Assembly: GCA_963758695.1 (NCBI GenBank)
Contig: CAVWWM010000010.1
Coordinates: 35,350-99,349 of the forward strand
Reading direction: 5' to 3'
DNA: 64,000 nucleotides
Origin: an uncultured Actinomycetes bacterium
GTDB taxonomy: Bacteria > Actinomycetota > Acidimicrobiia > Spongiisociales > DATADW01
Below the pieces are notes generated by a model, which had not been told where the DNA came from, did not search any database, and worked only from the letters and a program-made list of their open reading frames with translations. Both the position numbers and the translations under genes were made by a program. Shown here piece after piece: positions 29,514-42,700 of this stretch. The stretch's first letter is position 1, and the number at the start of each line of letters is the position of its first letter.

Positions 29514-30038
29514 TCAGTCCGGCTGCCAGGGGCGGCCGAATTGGTCGGAGTGGGCGAAATCTGAAAGCGGCTTGCGCCCACCGCCGGCAAACGGTCGGGT
29601 TCCCTCAGCCGGATGGCCGATGGCGATGGCCCAACGCACCCGGTGACCGCTGGGGAGACCGAGAACCTGTGCCGCCTTGGCGTCGTCGTGCAGTGTGACC
29701 GGGCAGGTCCCCAGCCCCCGGCCGGAAGCAGCCAGCATGAGGTTCTGGGCGAGCCTCCCCTGGTCGAAATCATTGCCGCCCGGGAGGCGAACCAGCGCAA
29801 CGGCGACCGGTGCGGCGACAAGCGGCGCGGCGTACCGGCCGGCGCCGGCGAGTTCCTTCTTCCTCTCGGGGTCGTCGACAACTACGACGGCCCACGCCTG
29901 ATCGTTCTTCGAGCTACCCGTCCACCGCCCCGCCTCGAGCACCGCAGCCAGGTCCTCGGCACTCACCCGATCGGGGAGGAAAGACCGGACCACCCGGAGG
30001 CGGCGTATCTGCTCCACGAAATTTTCGGATCCCGCCAT
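29514..30038 (-). CDS. Nitroreductase family protein
   Basis: RVVRSF, GRWTGSSKNDQ, FDQGRLAQNLMLAA, IAIGHP. Confidence 0.9.
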   Translation of the reverse strand: MAGSENFVEQIRRLRVVRSFLPDRVSAEDLAAVLEAGRWTGSSKNDQAWAVVVVDDPERKKELAGAGRYAAPLVAAPVAVALVRLPGGNDFDQGRLAQNLMLAASGRGLGTCPVTLHDDAKAAQVLGLPSGHRVRWAIAIGHPAEGTRPFAGGGRKPLSDFAHSDQFGRPWQPD

Positions 30039-30043
30039 CGGCG

Positions 30044-32792
30044 TCACCTTTCGTCGGGTTTGTCGGCGTCTGCTGCCGCCTCGTCGGCCAGCACCCGGAG
30101 GACTCCATCGACCCATCTGCGGACCCGCGGCACGATGAGGTAGTCCGAGTGCACCTGCACCACGGGGAATGGCTGTCCCGCATGGTGCCACCAACGCCAC
30201 GGGTCGGCGACCAGGTCATCGCCGTCGAGAGATGAGGCGTCCAACTCGTCCTCGCCGGTGAATATGGCGTCGGCTATCGGATCGGTCTCGCGGTAGAAGT
30301 TGCGCCAGACCGGTCGCTCCCCACCTGCGCCCATCGCGGTCGAGCAGCGAGGTGGCCCACCCCGGGTCGAACGCGATGGTGAAGTAGGGGCGGTAGAAGG
30401 TCGCCAGCGGGCTCCCGTGGGTGACGAGCACGCAACGACTGACCACGGGCTCCTCCAACGCAGTGAGCGTCGCCGCAGCCAGCACCGAGCCCTGGCTGTG
30501 CCCGGCGAGCAGCACCCGACGCCCCGCCGTTGTGGCGGCGCGCACCCGCTGTGCCAGCTCGGGGACTGCCCGGTCGGCGTATGTGGGCGGGGCCCACGGG
30601 TGGAATCGACGCGGCCAGAAGGTCGCCACGTCCCAGAGCGTCCCGATCCGCCGGCGAAGCCGCTCGTCGCTGTAGGCGCGACGCACCAACAACATGGCGC
30701 CGAGGGGGAGCGTCGTCACCACCCAACGCGATGCTGTGGCGAGCCACGACCAACTCTCCGGGACCGGCTGGTCGGCCCATTGCACGAGCGGCACCTGATG
30801 GCGGAGGAGCCAGCCAACCCCTGTGAGCAACCCGAGCACGACGAGCCCGGCGAGGGCGGTCACCACCAGATCGGCCGACCGAGCGGCTGCCGCCACGGCC
30901 CTGGACCTTCGAACCGCCGCCTCCATCCGCTCCGCCGGCTCGCCATCGACCATCTCCACGTCCTCACCCACTGGTGGTGGCTCACCGTCGCGTCCAACCG
31001 GCCTGGCACGCTGCTCACCGACCAGTCGCACCCACAGCGCCACCACCGCAGCCACCGTGAGGACCACCGCCGAAGCAAGCCCAACGGCGAGCCACTGGCC
31101 GCCGGGCGGCGTGCCGACCACGATCACAGGTCCCTTGGTGCGGATGCTCGCCGAGACCGCCTCGAGCACCTCGGAGCCGACCCCGATGGCGGTCAACTCC
31201 TCGATGACCACCCTCTCGGGAAGGGTCAATCCGTCGGAAGCGAGAAGAGCCTGCTCTATCTGTTCCGATGTGACTCTGTCGACGCCGGCTTCCTCCACCT
31301 CCTGCGCCAGCTCGCGCGGCGATCGGTCGCGGTCGAGCCAATCCGAAACCAACCCGGTCAAACCGGAGAGCGAACCGGCGAGCGTTGCCAGCCCGAGGAC
31401 CGAGACCACGGCGGGACCCATCCAGCGGAACCCGATTCCCGGGACCGAGTCGTGCTCGGCGAGCAGCAGACCCATGGCGGAGCCCAACATGGCAACCGCC
31501 ACACCGAGGTAGGCGAGTTCGCCTGTGGCGACGGTGAGGACGGCTCCTGGGGCCAGCAGACCGACGACCACCCACACCAATTGACCGGCACGTTCGCCCG
31601 AACTGCGCCAGAGGAATGCCACCAGCCCGGCCGCCGCCAACCCGGCGAGAAGGCGGAGCGAAGGTAAGACGGCGAGCACGAGACCCGCCACGGTGATCGA
31701 CACCGCCGTCCAATTGATTCGTCGCCCCCGTGGCCTCATGACCACCTGGACCACGGCGACGACACCGATGATTGCGGCGGTGAGGGCGAGCACCGCCATC
31801 GGTGCCCGTCCGAAACCAGGAGCCGGTCCCCGCTCGTTGACGCCAGGGGAGATCCAGGCGAGCACGGCCGCCGCCACTAGGAGCCCAGCGGGCAGCCACC
31901 AGACCAGCCTCTTGATCCACGGGTCCAGGGAGCGGTCATCCTCGGGACCGGGGCTTGCCCTCCAAGCGAGGAGGCACGCTGCCGCCGCCACGCTCATCGT
32001 CCCGACCACCACCACACCTGCGGCGACCGCGCCGATCACAGAGCCGGCGGCCCACCCGAACACCGCCCATCCGAGGAGCAGGGCGAGCATCCCCAGCGAG
32101 GCTCCCGCATGGAGAAGCGCCATGTCGCCGCTGAGCGTCGGCCGGTACCAGAAGGACAGTTGCTTGGGGGTGGCATCCTCGCCCGGCTCGACATCGACCA
32201 TGTCGCTCAGGGCGTACGCCTCGAATTCCCTCCGGCTTCTCCGACCCAGCATCGCCAGCAGGACGAGCACCCCGAGCGGGGCGAGCAGCCCGATGACCAT
32301 TCGCCTCCCCGGCGACGAAGCGAGCAAGTCGTTGTCGAAAAGCGCCAGCCACCATCGATCCTGCCGACAGGCCGCCGAGCCCCCGCACTGGTAGGCGATG
32401 AGGTCGATGCCGATGACGGCGGCCCAGAGCACGTAGAGCAGCGACAGGCCCATCCCGGCCACCCGCAGCAGCCGGGTCTGTAGCCCAACGAGCCGCTGGT
32501 GGTGTGGTCGCTCCGCCAGCCACCCGGCGACGTTCACCAAGGCGAATGGAAGGACCAGCAGCCAGAGCGCCTGCGAGGCGCCCCGCGAGGTGAGACCGCC
32601 CCAGACGTACGCCTCGGTGGTGACGGCACCATCCACGTGGCGCGGGCGGTAGAAACCGGCGATGTGATCGCCCGCCACCCGTTCCACGTCGGCGGTGCCG
32701 AGCAGGTCGGAAGGAGTCGATCCACCCACCCCATGTACCAGGATGCGGGTCACCCCCGGGTTCGGCGGGCGGAATCCGGTGGGTTCGTCCAC
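30044..32792 (-). CDS. Large membrane protein with split alpha/beta-hydrolase-like domain (frameshift near 30335)
   Basis: VHGVGG at the N-terminus, many TMs, GHSQG, THGSPL, WRNFYRETDPI, HSDY. Confidence 0.8.
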
Positions 32793-32849
32793 GGTAAGCC
32801 AAGCTAGACGAGCCCGTTGCGCCCGTTACCCTGACCTGGAGGCTCGGGA

Positions 32850-33521
32850 GTGGACCGCACCATCCTGGTGATCGAGGATGACCCGTCGATCCGGGAACTG
32901 ACCCAACTCGGGCTGTCCGCAGCCGGCTTCGAGGTGGTCACCGCGTCCGACGGTTGGTCCGGTTTGGGGCGCTTCCGCGACGACCGGCCCGATCTGGTCG
33001 TTCTTGATCTGATGCTTCCCGGAATGGACGGGCTCGAGGTGTGCCGCCAGATCAGGATGGTCTCGGTTGTGCCCATCGTGATGCTCACCGCTTTGGCCGA
33101 GAGCAGCAACGTCGTGGCGGGGCTCGAGGCAGGCGCCGACGACTACGTGACCAAGCCGTTCGAGCTTCCCGTGCTGGTGGCGCGGGTGAGGGCGGCACTG
33201 CGCCGTGTCCAGCTCACCATGGAGGAGCTCACCCTGGGCCCGGTGCGCGTCGATCTCGCCGGCCACACGGTTCACCGCAACGGCGATGAGGTCTCGCTGA
33301 CCGCGACCGAGTTCCGGCTCCTCTGTGTCCTCGCCTCGGCGCCGGGAAGGGTCCTCACCAGACAAGTGCTGCTCGACCAGGTTTGGGGGTACGACTACCT
33401 GGGCGACTCGCGGATGGTCGACGTGGCGGTGCAGCGTCTCCGGGCGAAGATCGAGAGTGACCCGGCCAGCCCCGAGCTCATCCAGACGGTGCGGGGCGTC
33501 GGCTACCGGGCAGCCCGTTGA
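32850..33521 (+). CDS. OmpR-family response regulator (MtrA/CseB-like)
   Basis: IEDD, LDLMLP, GADDYVTKPF, winged-helix TVRGVGY. Confidence 0.95.
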   Translation: MDRTILVIEDDPSIRELTQLGLSAAGFEVVTASDGWSGLGRFRDDRPDLVVLDLMLPGMDGLEVCRQIRMVSVVPIVMLTALAESSNVVAGLEAGADDYVTKPFELPVLVARVRAALRRVQLTMEELTLGPVRVDLAGHTVHRNGDEVSLTATEFRLLCVLASAPGRVLTRQVLLDQVWGYDYLGDSRMVDVAVQRLRAKIESDPASPELIQTVRGVGYRAAR

Positions 33522-34973
33522 CCCGCCTCGGCTTCCGCTCCCGCCTGGTCTTCACCGTCCTGGCGATGGTGATCCTGGTGACGGTCGCCCTCGGGGTCGC
33601 CTCCTGGGTGTTGGTGCGCGGCTCGCTCCGCTCGGATCTGGTCGACTCGGCGACGGAACAGGCCGCCTTCGTCGTCGGGGTTCTCGCCCCGGAGCGGTTC
33701 GACGACGATCCAACCGCAGAGGAGATCGCGGCCAGCCCCTTCCTGGCCGATGTTCGGCTCGGACCTGACGATGGTCTGCTCGTCGACCTTGAGGGAAGCG
33801 GCGACTTCTCGTCTGGCTTCGCCTTTACCGGTCCCCCGCCCCCCGACCTGGCGGCGCTCGTCGCCGAGGGTCAACTCGCATACGAGTGGGTCGACATCGG
33901 TGGGAACCCCTACCTCGCCGTCGGAGGCAGTTTCCCCGGGGGGCCGCCCATCTACCTGTATTACTCGGCGGCGTCGATCGAGGACACTCTCGGCGACCTG
34001 TTGACGGCCGAGGTGATCGCCGGCGTGGTGGTCGTGGCCATCGCCGGCATAGGTGTCGGGTCGCTGGCGCGTCGCGTGCTCACCCCGGTTGGAGCGGCCG
34101 CCGATGCCGCCACCCGTATCGCATCGGGTGACCTGTCGGCCCGGCTCGACGAGGGATCGGAGGACGAATTGGGGAGGATGGTGGCCGCCTTCAACCAGAT
34201 GGCCGGCTCGCTCGAAGAGAGCATGGGGCGGCTGCAACGTTCCGGCGATGCGCAGCGCCGATTCGTCGCCGACGTCTCCCACGAGCTGCGCACCCCGCTG
34301 ACCGCGCTGGTCAACGAGACGGCGATGCTCGCCGATCACGCAGACGATCTACCACCGGGAGATCGGAGGCTGGTGGAGCTCCTCGATGCAGACGTGGCGC
34401 GCATGCGCCTGCTGGTTGACGATCTGCTCGAGATCTCCCGCATCGACGCCGCCGACTCGGGGGCCCTACAGCACGAAACCCCCACCATCGACCTTCGCAG
34501 CCTGGTTACGGGGGTGGTGGAGGCCCGGTCTCCCGGCGCAGTAGTGATGCAACCATCGGCGGCCGGTGCCGGTGTCGGTCGATGCCGTCACTTTCGACCG
34601 CATCCTGGGCAACCTGCTCGACAACGCGGCACGTCACGGAATTGGGACGGTGGAGGTGGGTTTGTCGTCGTCGGATGGAGTCGCCCGCCTAACCGTTGCC
34701 GACAACGGCCCGGGCGTGCCTACCGACCAGTTGGAGCGGATCTTCGAGCGTTTTGCCAAGCTCGACCCATCGCGCTCGGGGTCGGGCACCGGGCTGGGAC
34801 TCTCGATCGCCCGGGATCACGCCCGTCGCCTCGGCGGTGAGGTCACCGCGAGGCCACGCCCCGGAGGCGGCCTTGTGGTCGAGGTGATCCTCCCTGTTTC
34901 CGGATCGTTACCCGACGGCGATGTGGCGGTGACAAACGGCCCTCACGATGGTGGGGAAGCCCGAGAGGAGTAG
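33518..34973 (+). CDS. HAMP sensor histidine kinase (frameshift near 34560)
   Basis: DVSHELRTPL, NLLDNA, DNGPG, GTGLGLSI. Confidence 0.93.
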
Positions 34974-34975
34974 CC

Positions 34976-35932
34976 ATGCGAAGGATCGGCGCCCTGTTGA
35001 TGCTGGCGGCTGTCGCCGCCTGCGGGAACGGAGCATCGCCGGTGGCGACCATCACCAGTCCCACCACCACCGAAGTGAGATCACCTACGACCACCGTGAC
35101 CGCCGAGCCGACAACGACCGCAACCGGCTCACCTTCGACCACGGTCCCGAGCGCGACGACATCACCCCCGACGACTGTCGGCTCCACGACCATCGGGGTC
35201 ACCGTCTTCTTCCTCTCCAACCAGGGAGGCAACCAGGCCCGTCAGGGACCGTTCCTCATCCCGGTGCACCGCACCGTGGCCGAGACCTCGGGCGTGGCGC
35301 GGGCAGCCATCGAGGAACTGCTCGGAGGCCCAGAACGAGACGAAGCAGCCGCCGGGATCGACACCGCAGTACCCGAGACGACCCTGTTGCTCGGGGTGAG
35401 CGTCGCCGACGGGGTGGCGACCGTCGATCTGACCCGGGACTTCGAGTCCGGCGGTGGGAGCACGTCGATGTTCGCCCGGCTCGCCCAGTTGGTCTACACG
35501 GTGACGCAGTTCCCCACGGTGGATGCCGTCGAGTTGCTGCTCGACAACCAACCGGTCGAGGTGTTCTCCGGCGAGGGGATCGTGATCGAAGGCCCTCTCA
35601 CCCGGGACGCCTTTCTCGACTACTTGCCCCAGATCATGGTGGAGGCGCCGGGGTGGGGAGGAGTGCTCGGCAACCCGGGGAGGATCGCCGGGACCGCAGC
35701 GGTCTTCGAGGCCGTGTTCCAGGTGCGGCTCAGCGACGCCAGCGGCGAGGTCGTCTATGAGGACTTCGCCATGACGAGCGAGGGCCAGGGGTGGGGCACC
35801 TTCGACACCACCATCGATTACACCGTCGACGAACCCCAGACAGGAACGCTGCGGGTTTGGGCGGATTCGCCAGAGGACGGCAGCGAAACTGGGGTCAGCG
35901 AACTTCCGGTCGAGATGGTGCCCGCCGGCTGA
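34976..35932 (+). CDS. GerMN-domain lipoprotein with C-terminal Ig-like (Gmad2-type) domain
   Basis: Lipobox VAAC, Thr-rich linker, ELLGGP, AQLVYTVTQF, GTAAVFEA. Confidence 0.88.
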   Translation: MRRIGALLMLAAVAACGNGASPVATITSPTTTEVRSPTTTVTAEPTTTATGSPSTTVPSATTSPPTTVGSTTIGVTVFFLSNQGGNQARQGPFLIPVHRTVAETSGVARAAIEELLGGPERDEAAAGIDTAVPETTLLLGVSVADGVATVDLTRDFESGGGSTSMFARLAQLVYTVTQFPTVDAVELLLDNQPVEVFSGEGIVIEGPLTRDAFLDYLPQIMVEAPGWGGVLGNPGRIAGTAAVFEAVFQVRLSDASGEVVYEDFAMTSEGQGWGTFDTTIDYTVDEPQTGTLRVWADSPEDGSETGVSELPVEMVPAG

Positions 35933-35935
35933 CGC

Positions 35936-36238
35936 TCAGAGGGCGGGGCGCACCATCGCCGTGTCCATCGACACGATGAAGCTCGCCGGATCGGGGTCGA
36001 GAGCCTGCCGCTCCGGGCTGTGGTAGTAGCGCTCGACCGCCTCGTCCCAATCACCGTCGCCGTGGTAGGTGGTGAGCCAGACGAAACGGTCCTCCCCGTC
36101 CACTACCCAGGCACCCTCGATGATGAAGCCGTAGGCGGAGCGTGCCGCCACCACCTCGCGGAACGACTCGATGAACTCATCCATCCGTCCCGGTTCGATT
36201 TGGTACATCCGCAATTGGGTCCGAGCGGCATCCGCCAT
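35936..36238 (-). CDS. NIPSNAP family protein
   Basis: QLRMYQIEPGRMDEF, FVW, YYHSPER; AGAGGAG RBS. Confidence 0.8.
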   Translation of the reverse strand: MADAARTQLRMYQIEPGRMDEFIESFREVVAARSAYGFIIEGAWVVDGEDRFVWLTTYHGDGDWDEAVERYYHSPERQALDPDPASFIVSMDTAMVRPAL

Positions 36239-36272
36239 GTTGAATCTCCTCTTTGCTTCGATTGTGCCCGCC

Positions 36273-38946
36273 TCAGCGCCGGCGGCGCCGCAAAAGGCGG
36301 TCGACCGTGGCCTCGTCCGTGGTGGCCGGCGGTTCGGGCGGCGGCTCCGGCGGAGGAGGTGGAGGTGGCTTGACCCCAGATGTTGCACTACCACGCACCG
36401 GCACCGCGCGGTCGGTGGTCAAGACCAGACGGCGCAGCGCCACGTCCAGACCGAACAACGCCAGCGCTGCCACAGCCAACCACGGCCAGGTGTCGACCTG
36501 CGCCCTGCCACCGGCAGGTGCGCGATCGAAACTACTGGTGGGCGCCGGGTCGACCCTGCCACCCGTGGCCTCGGCCACCGTCGTGGCCAACGCGGGGTCG
36601 GGGTCGCGGAAAGCGAACTCCTCTTCATAGCTGGAGACCGCACCCGAGCTACCCATCACCCGACCCCCCTCCGCACTCTCCACCGCGACCGATACCCAAT
36701 AGGCCCCAGGGCCGCGCAGCGGCAGCGAGCCGCTGAACGTGGTGGCGTCGGTGCGACGAAGGGCGAGCAGGGCGGTCTCGCCGTCGGGGAGCCTGACACG
36801 TGCGGTGCCGGCGGCGTCGAGGGGGACATCGCCGGCATCGAACGAAACCTGGAGCCGCCCACCGCTCGCCGTCACCTCGGGCGGGGTATCGAGCCCGGCG
36901 GGGAGCACCTGACGCAGCACATCTCCCCAGAAGGCCGACGTAGCCGTCCCACTCCACCCAGGCCGATGACCACCTGCTGGTGGCATCGGAGGTCCAAGCC
37001 GTCACCCTCCCCAACCCCCTCTGCCAGGTGCTGAGCAAGGGGTCGGCCGGGCCGACTTCGAGGGCGGTGGAGGCCGTCGCCTTGGCCTTGGTGAGCACGT
37101 ACCCGAAGAGCGCCGGGGCGTGGGTGAGACCATCGGTGACCGGTGAAGGCGCCGCCAGAGCCGGGAGGAACTCCCCCTCGGATGCCAGAGATCGCGCCAC
37201 CGTGAGCGTCTCCTCCACGAAAACCTCGGGTACCGCCTCGAGGTCGGTCCCCGGGTAGTAGCGGCCCCCACCAACCTCGGAAATGCGTTCCAGCGTGTTC
37301 CCCGCCCCCTCACCGGTCCCGAGCACGGAGAGAGTTATCCCGGCGTCGGCGATCTCGCGGGCGATCGGAAGCAAACCCGCCTCGTTTGGATCCCAGCCGT
37401 CGGTGAAGAGGACGATGTGGCGCAGCCCGACGGGTGCATCGCGCAACTCCTCGAGCGCCGCGGTCAGCCCATTGGCCAACTCGGTGTCACCCTGGGGACT
37501 CAGTGTGGCAAGAGCCGCTTCCACCTCGGTCGCATCGGGCCTTGGCCCGACGGGAAGCACCCAGCGCGTCCCCGAGCTCACCGCCACCACGCCAACCCGG
37601 TCCTCCGAGCTGAGTGCCTCGATGGCGAGTTGGGCTCCGGCACGTGAGATGTCCGTCTTGTTGACGCCACCCTCGACAAAGGTCTCGTCCCGGCAGTGGC
37701 ACGCAGCCATCGAGCCCGAGGTATCGATGACGAGCACCTCGGTGAGCGGCTGGCGCCTGATCAGGTCGTCGGGGTTGCTCTGGACCGGGAGCAGGTCCTC
37801 CAGCGGGGAGTCCTGGTATTGGCCAAGGCCATACGCCTGATCTCCACCGACGACGACCAGCCCGCGCCCGAGGTCTTCGACGAACCCCCGCAGCGTCTCA
37901 GACACCTCGGCGGATGGAGCGGGCACGTTGACCAACACCGCGGCGTCGTAGCGGAGCAGGGTCTCGGCCCCGGGAATTCCCCCGAGGACATCGGCTTCCA
38001 GATTCCCCGCCTCGAGCGCATCGGCCAGCTCGGCGCCTTCCCCGGCCCTGCCCTCCACCACCGCCACCCGTGCCGGGCCAAGCACTCTGGTGAGCCCGAC
38101 GGCCCGGTCGTTCTCCGACCTCGTGTCGAACCCGGCGATGATCTCGGCGCCCACGGTCATGAACCCCGGCTGGTCCGCCGGGACCTCCACCTCGATCTCG
38201 TTGCGCCCCGGCTGTAGCTCGACCGCCAGGCGCTGCTGTTCGCCCCCGGCATCCACCACCAGCTCGGCGGGACCAGCCTCGGTTGACCTGACCGACACGG
38301 TCACCGGTACCTGGTCACCGCGCCTCGCCGTGGCCGGTGCCTTGACACCGTCGAGCACGGCATCGGCCGATGTGTCGCCCCCGACCGGCACCACGTCCAC
38401 CGCGATCCCCTCGGCGGCGAGCTCGTCGGCGACCGCTCCGACGTCCCCTGTGGTGGGGACGAGGTCGGAGAGAACCACGACCCGTCGGGAACCCTCGGTC
38501 GGCAGCAGCGTCGCCGCGGCACGCAGGGCGGTAGCCATATCGGTGGCACTGTCGTCGACCTCGGTGCGGATCGGCCCGGGTTGTCGTCCCGCTGCCAGCG
38601 GGGTGTCCACCTTCGCCTCCGCACCGAACACCATGACACCTGACCGGTCCTCCGGCCGCGCCTGCTCGAGGGCATCGGCGATATAGGCCTCCTGCTCCTC
38701 GATGGCCCCCTGCCCGATCGACGCCGACCGGTCTACGAGAAAGAGCGTGGCGTGGGTGTCCACCGGCCGCGCCCACACCGGCTGCGCCAATGCGGCCACC
38801 AGCAGCGCAACCATCCCAACCCGGGCGGCCACGGCCCAGCGGTGCTGACGGGCTGGGACCGACCTGCTCCCACGACGGGCGGCGACCAGCACCGCGAGCA
38901 CCACCAGAGGCAGCGCCAAGAGCCACCAGGGCGAGCGGAGGGTCAT
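36273..38946 (-). CDS. VWA-domain membrane protein of MoxR operon (frameshift near 36945)
   Basis: Two MIDAS motifs (DRSAS, DTSGS), FTDG, GLGRVTAWTSD. Confidence 0.85.
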
Positions 38947-40816
38947 CGTTCCCCCTGCCCCGCGCCGGCCATCGCATCATCCGGCGACCCGACCTCCCGG
39001 CCCGGCACCGTGGCTCGGCGGCCGGCGCCGGAGTCGGCGATGTCCCAGCAACCACTCAGCCAGGGCGAGGAGCAAGAGCGCGCCGATGACCCAGGGTGCC
39101 CATTCGCGCACCAAGGAACCGGACGACACATCGGTACCGGGGGCTTGCACCGTGGCGATCTCGCGTGTTGCCCCCTCCGACTCCCCCGCTGCAAAACGCC
39201 GCACGACCACAGGTCCCGGCGCCTCGGAGCCGTCAGCCCGCAGGTAAGTGACCCGGTAGACACCGGGAAGGTCGGTGTCGATGAAGAGATCGACCGTGCT
39301 GCCGATGTCCCGGGACTCCCCGTCGGGGAGGAGCACGCGGCTGGTTCCTCCGGGCGGAGGGACGAGCGTGATGGGAACACCCGCCGTGTCCACCGCGGTG
39401 TCCCCACCCACCCCCGTGCCAGACAGCCATTCGAGCAGTCGGGTTCCGAGGATCGGGTAAGCGACCTGGACCGGGAGGTTGGAGTGGGCGACATCGAAGG
39501 TGAAGTAGACGACGCGCCGCCCACCGACCTCGCCGAGCAGGACGAGCGGCACGTCGCCAGCCCGGACCAGAGGCAACCAGCGCGGGGCATCCACCACCTG
39601 CGCCTCCCCCACGACCGTTTCGCTCAGGTCCACCCCGTCGAGCAAAGGATCACCGGGTCGCTGCCAGGTCACGGCCAGGTTCTGAGCCAGCTCGACAACC
39701 TCGATCCCTTCGGGAGGCTCGGCGGTTCTGATCACCCAAGCCGGACGGTCGAGCGAGGTCAGTTCCCCACCGTCGACGAGCAACAGATCGGCGTTCTCAT
39801 CACCATCCGACGGACGGAATCCGGGGGCGGCATCGACGAGAGCCTCGGTGAAGAAGGTCGGAGCGCCGGCGATCTCTACCACCTGCTCAGGTGCAGCTCC
39901 GATCACGAGCGCCGCGGAGTCATCTGCCGGCAGAGCGTCGCTCGCCTGGACAAGGCGGGCGGTCACCACGTCCCCCGGTCCCGCCTCGAGAGGCACTGTG
40001 ACCCGCCCCCTCTCCATCGGTGCCAGCTCGAACTCGCTGTTACCGATGGGGAGCCCGTCGACCTCTAGCTGCACGGTGGCGTTGCGTGCCTGCTCCGAGA
40101 CGTTTGAGACCTCGAGGAAGGCACGCGGGATCCCGGCGGTGGACGACTCGGTGGAGAAGGCCGTGATCGCCATGTTGTCGCCCACGTCGTCGAACACGAC
40201 GTGCTCTGCACCGACCACCGGCTCCTCCAGGGTCGAGTCCGCCGGTCCGCCGTCGCTGAAGATGAGGAGCCGCTGTCGGGCGATCCGGCGTCTCCAGCCC
40301 GCGGGCCAGCCGGAGCGCACTCTCCAGGTCCTCGACACCACCCCCGGCTTCGAGTGACCCGAGAGCCTCTTCCACAGCCTCTCGATCCTGAGAGAAAGCC
40401 ACCAGTACCCGCGGAGTCGGTCCGGCCTCGACCACGGAGACGAGGTTGGCTTCGGAGATGTCGGCGGCCAGCCCCGTTGCCTCCTCGACCGCTCGATCCA
40501 ATCGTCCGGCCATTGCCATCGAGCCCGATGTGTCCACCACGAAGACGGTGTGAGGGCCGAGAACGGTCTCCTGGAGGAAGAAGGGCCGTGCCAGGAGCAG
40601 CGTGAACAGCGCCAAGACGGCCAACTGGGCGAGCAACAGAGGCGTCGGGCGGAGCCGTTGCCAGGGCACGGCCGACGACACCGGGTTGCCCACCTGATCC
40701 CAGAGATAGACGCTCGACACCGGCGTCCGCTGGCGACGGCTCCTCAGCATGTAGAGCGCCACGAGCGGGATGGCCAGGGCCGCCAAAGCGAGCGCACCGG
40801 GAACGAGGAATCTCAC
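38943..40816 (-). CDS. BatA/VWA-domain protein (frameshifted)
   Basis: IPLVALYML N-terminus, DTSGSM, FSDG, C-terminal LAEW TM. Confidence 0.85.
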
Positions 40817-41682
40817 CGCAACACCCCGGCGCCAGCCAGCTCACGCAGAGCCGTCTCCTCGGCCCCGGAGATCGCCGGGACCATGAGGTGGTCCATCCCG
40901 GAGCGGCGGGCACGCCCCGCCACCGCGGCGAGGAACTCGTCGAGCCGTCGCTGGTACCCGTCGAGCGCCTCGACCGACGCCGAGAAGGGCAGACGCACCC
41001 CGGTCTCACCGTCCACCAGGTCGAGATCTCCCACCAAGGCCGGATCGAGCTCGCCCTCACCGAGCACCTGGAGCACCAGTCCCCCGCCGGTGGCACCGAG
41101 CTGGTCGATGGCCGCCTCCCATCCCGGGTCGAGAAGATCGGAGACGAGCACTGTCAGAGCACGTGCCGAGCCGGGGCTACCGGAGCGGATCGCAGCGTCC
41201 TCGAGTGCGGCGGCGCCCCCCGGCTCCAGCCCTTCGAGCCAGCGCTCGACCTGGGGCCACGACGAGAGATGACGGCCGAGCGGGCCGGTCACCGATCGGG
41301 CACCGCCCGCTCCGGCGAGAGCAACCGGTTGCACCCGGTCGCCCCCGGCCAACGCCAGGTAGCCGATCATGGCGGCGAGACGGCGCGCCGTGTCGAACTT
41401 CTCCTCGTACGCCATCGATGCCGAGGCGTCGAGGACGAGCCGCAGCGTCAGCTCCTCCTCCGCCTGGTAGCGCCGGACCAGAATCACCCCGAGGCGCGCC
41501 CACAACTGGTGGTCTATCCGCCGGAAGTCGTCACCCGGGGAGTATTCCCTGTAGTCGGCGAAGTCGAGGCTCTCCCCGAGCCGCATTGAGGAGTGCCTGC
41601 CCGACCACATTCCCCGGATGCGACGACGCGAGACCAGTGCAAGTCGCTCGAGCCTGGCCCTCAGTGCCGGCTCGAGCAGCAC
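40813..41682 (-). CDS. DUF58 protein
   Basis: FADYREYSPGDDFRRID, DASASM, VSDLL; start uncertain. Confidence 0.88.
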   Translation of the reverse strand: MLLEPALRARLERLALVSRRRIRGMWSGRHSSMRLGESLDFADYREYSPGDDFRRIDHQLWARLGVILVRRYQAEEELTLRLVLDASASMAYEEKFDTARRLAAMIGYLALAGGDRVQPVALAGAGGARSVTGPLGRHLSSWPQVERWLEGLEPGGAAALEDAAIRSGSPGSARALTVLVSDLLDPGWEAAIDQLGATGGGLVLQVLGEGELDPALVGDLDLVDGETGVRLPFSASVEALDGYQRRLDEFLAAVAGRARRSGMDHLMVPAISGAEETALRELAGAGVLR

Positions 41683-41713
41683 CTGAGCATCCCGGTGGAG
41701 AGCAGACGTGGGA

Positions 41714-42696
<983 letters not shown>

Positions 42697-42700
<4 letters not shown>

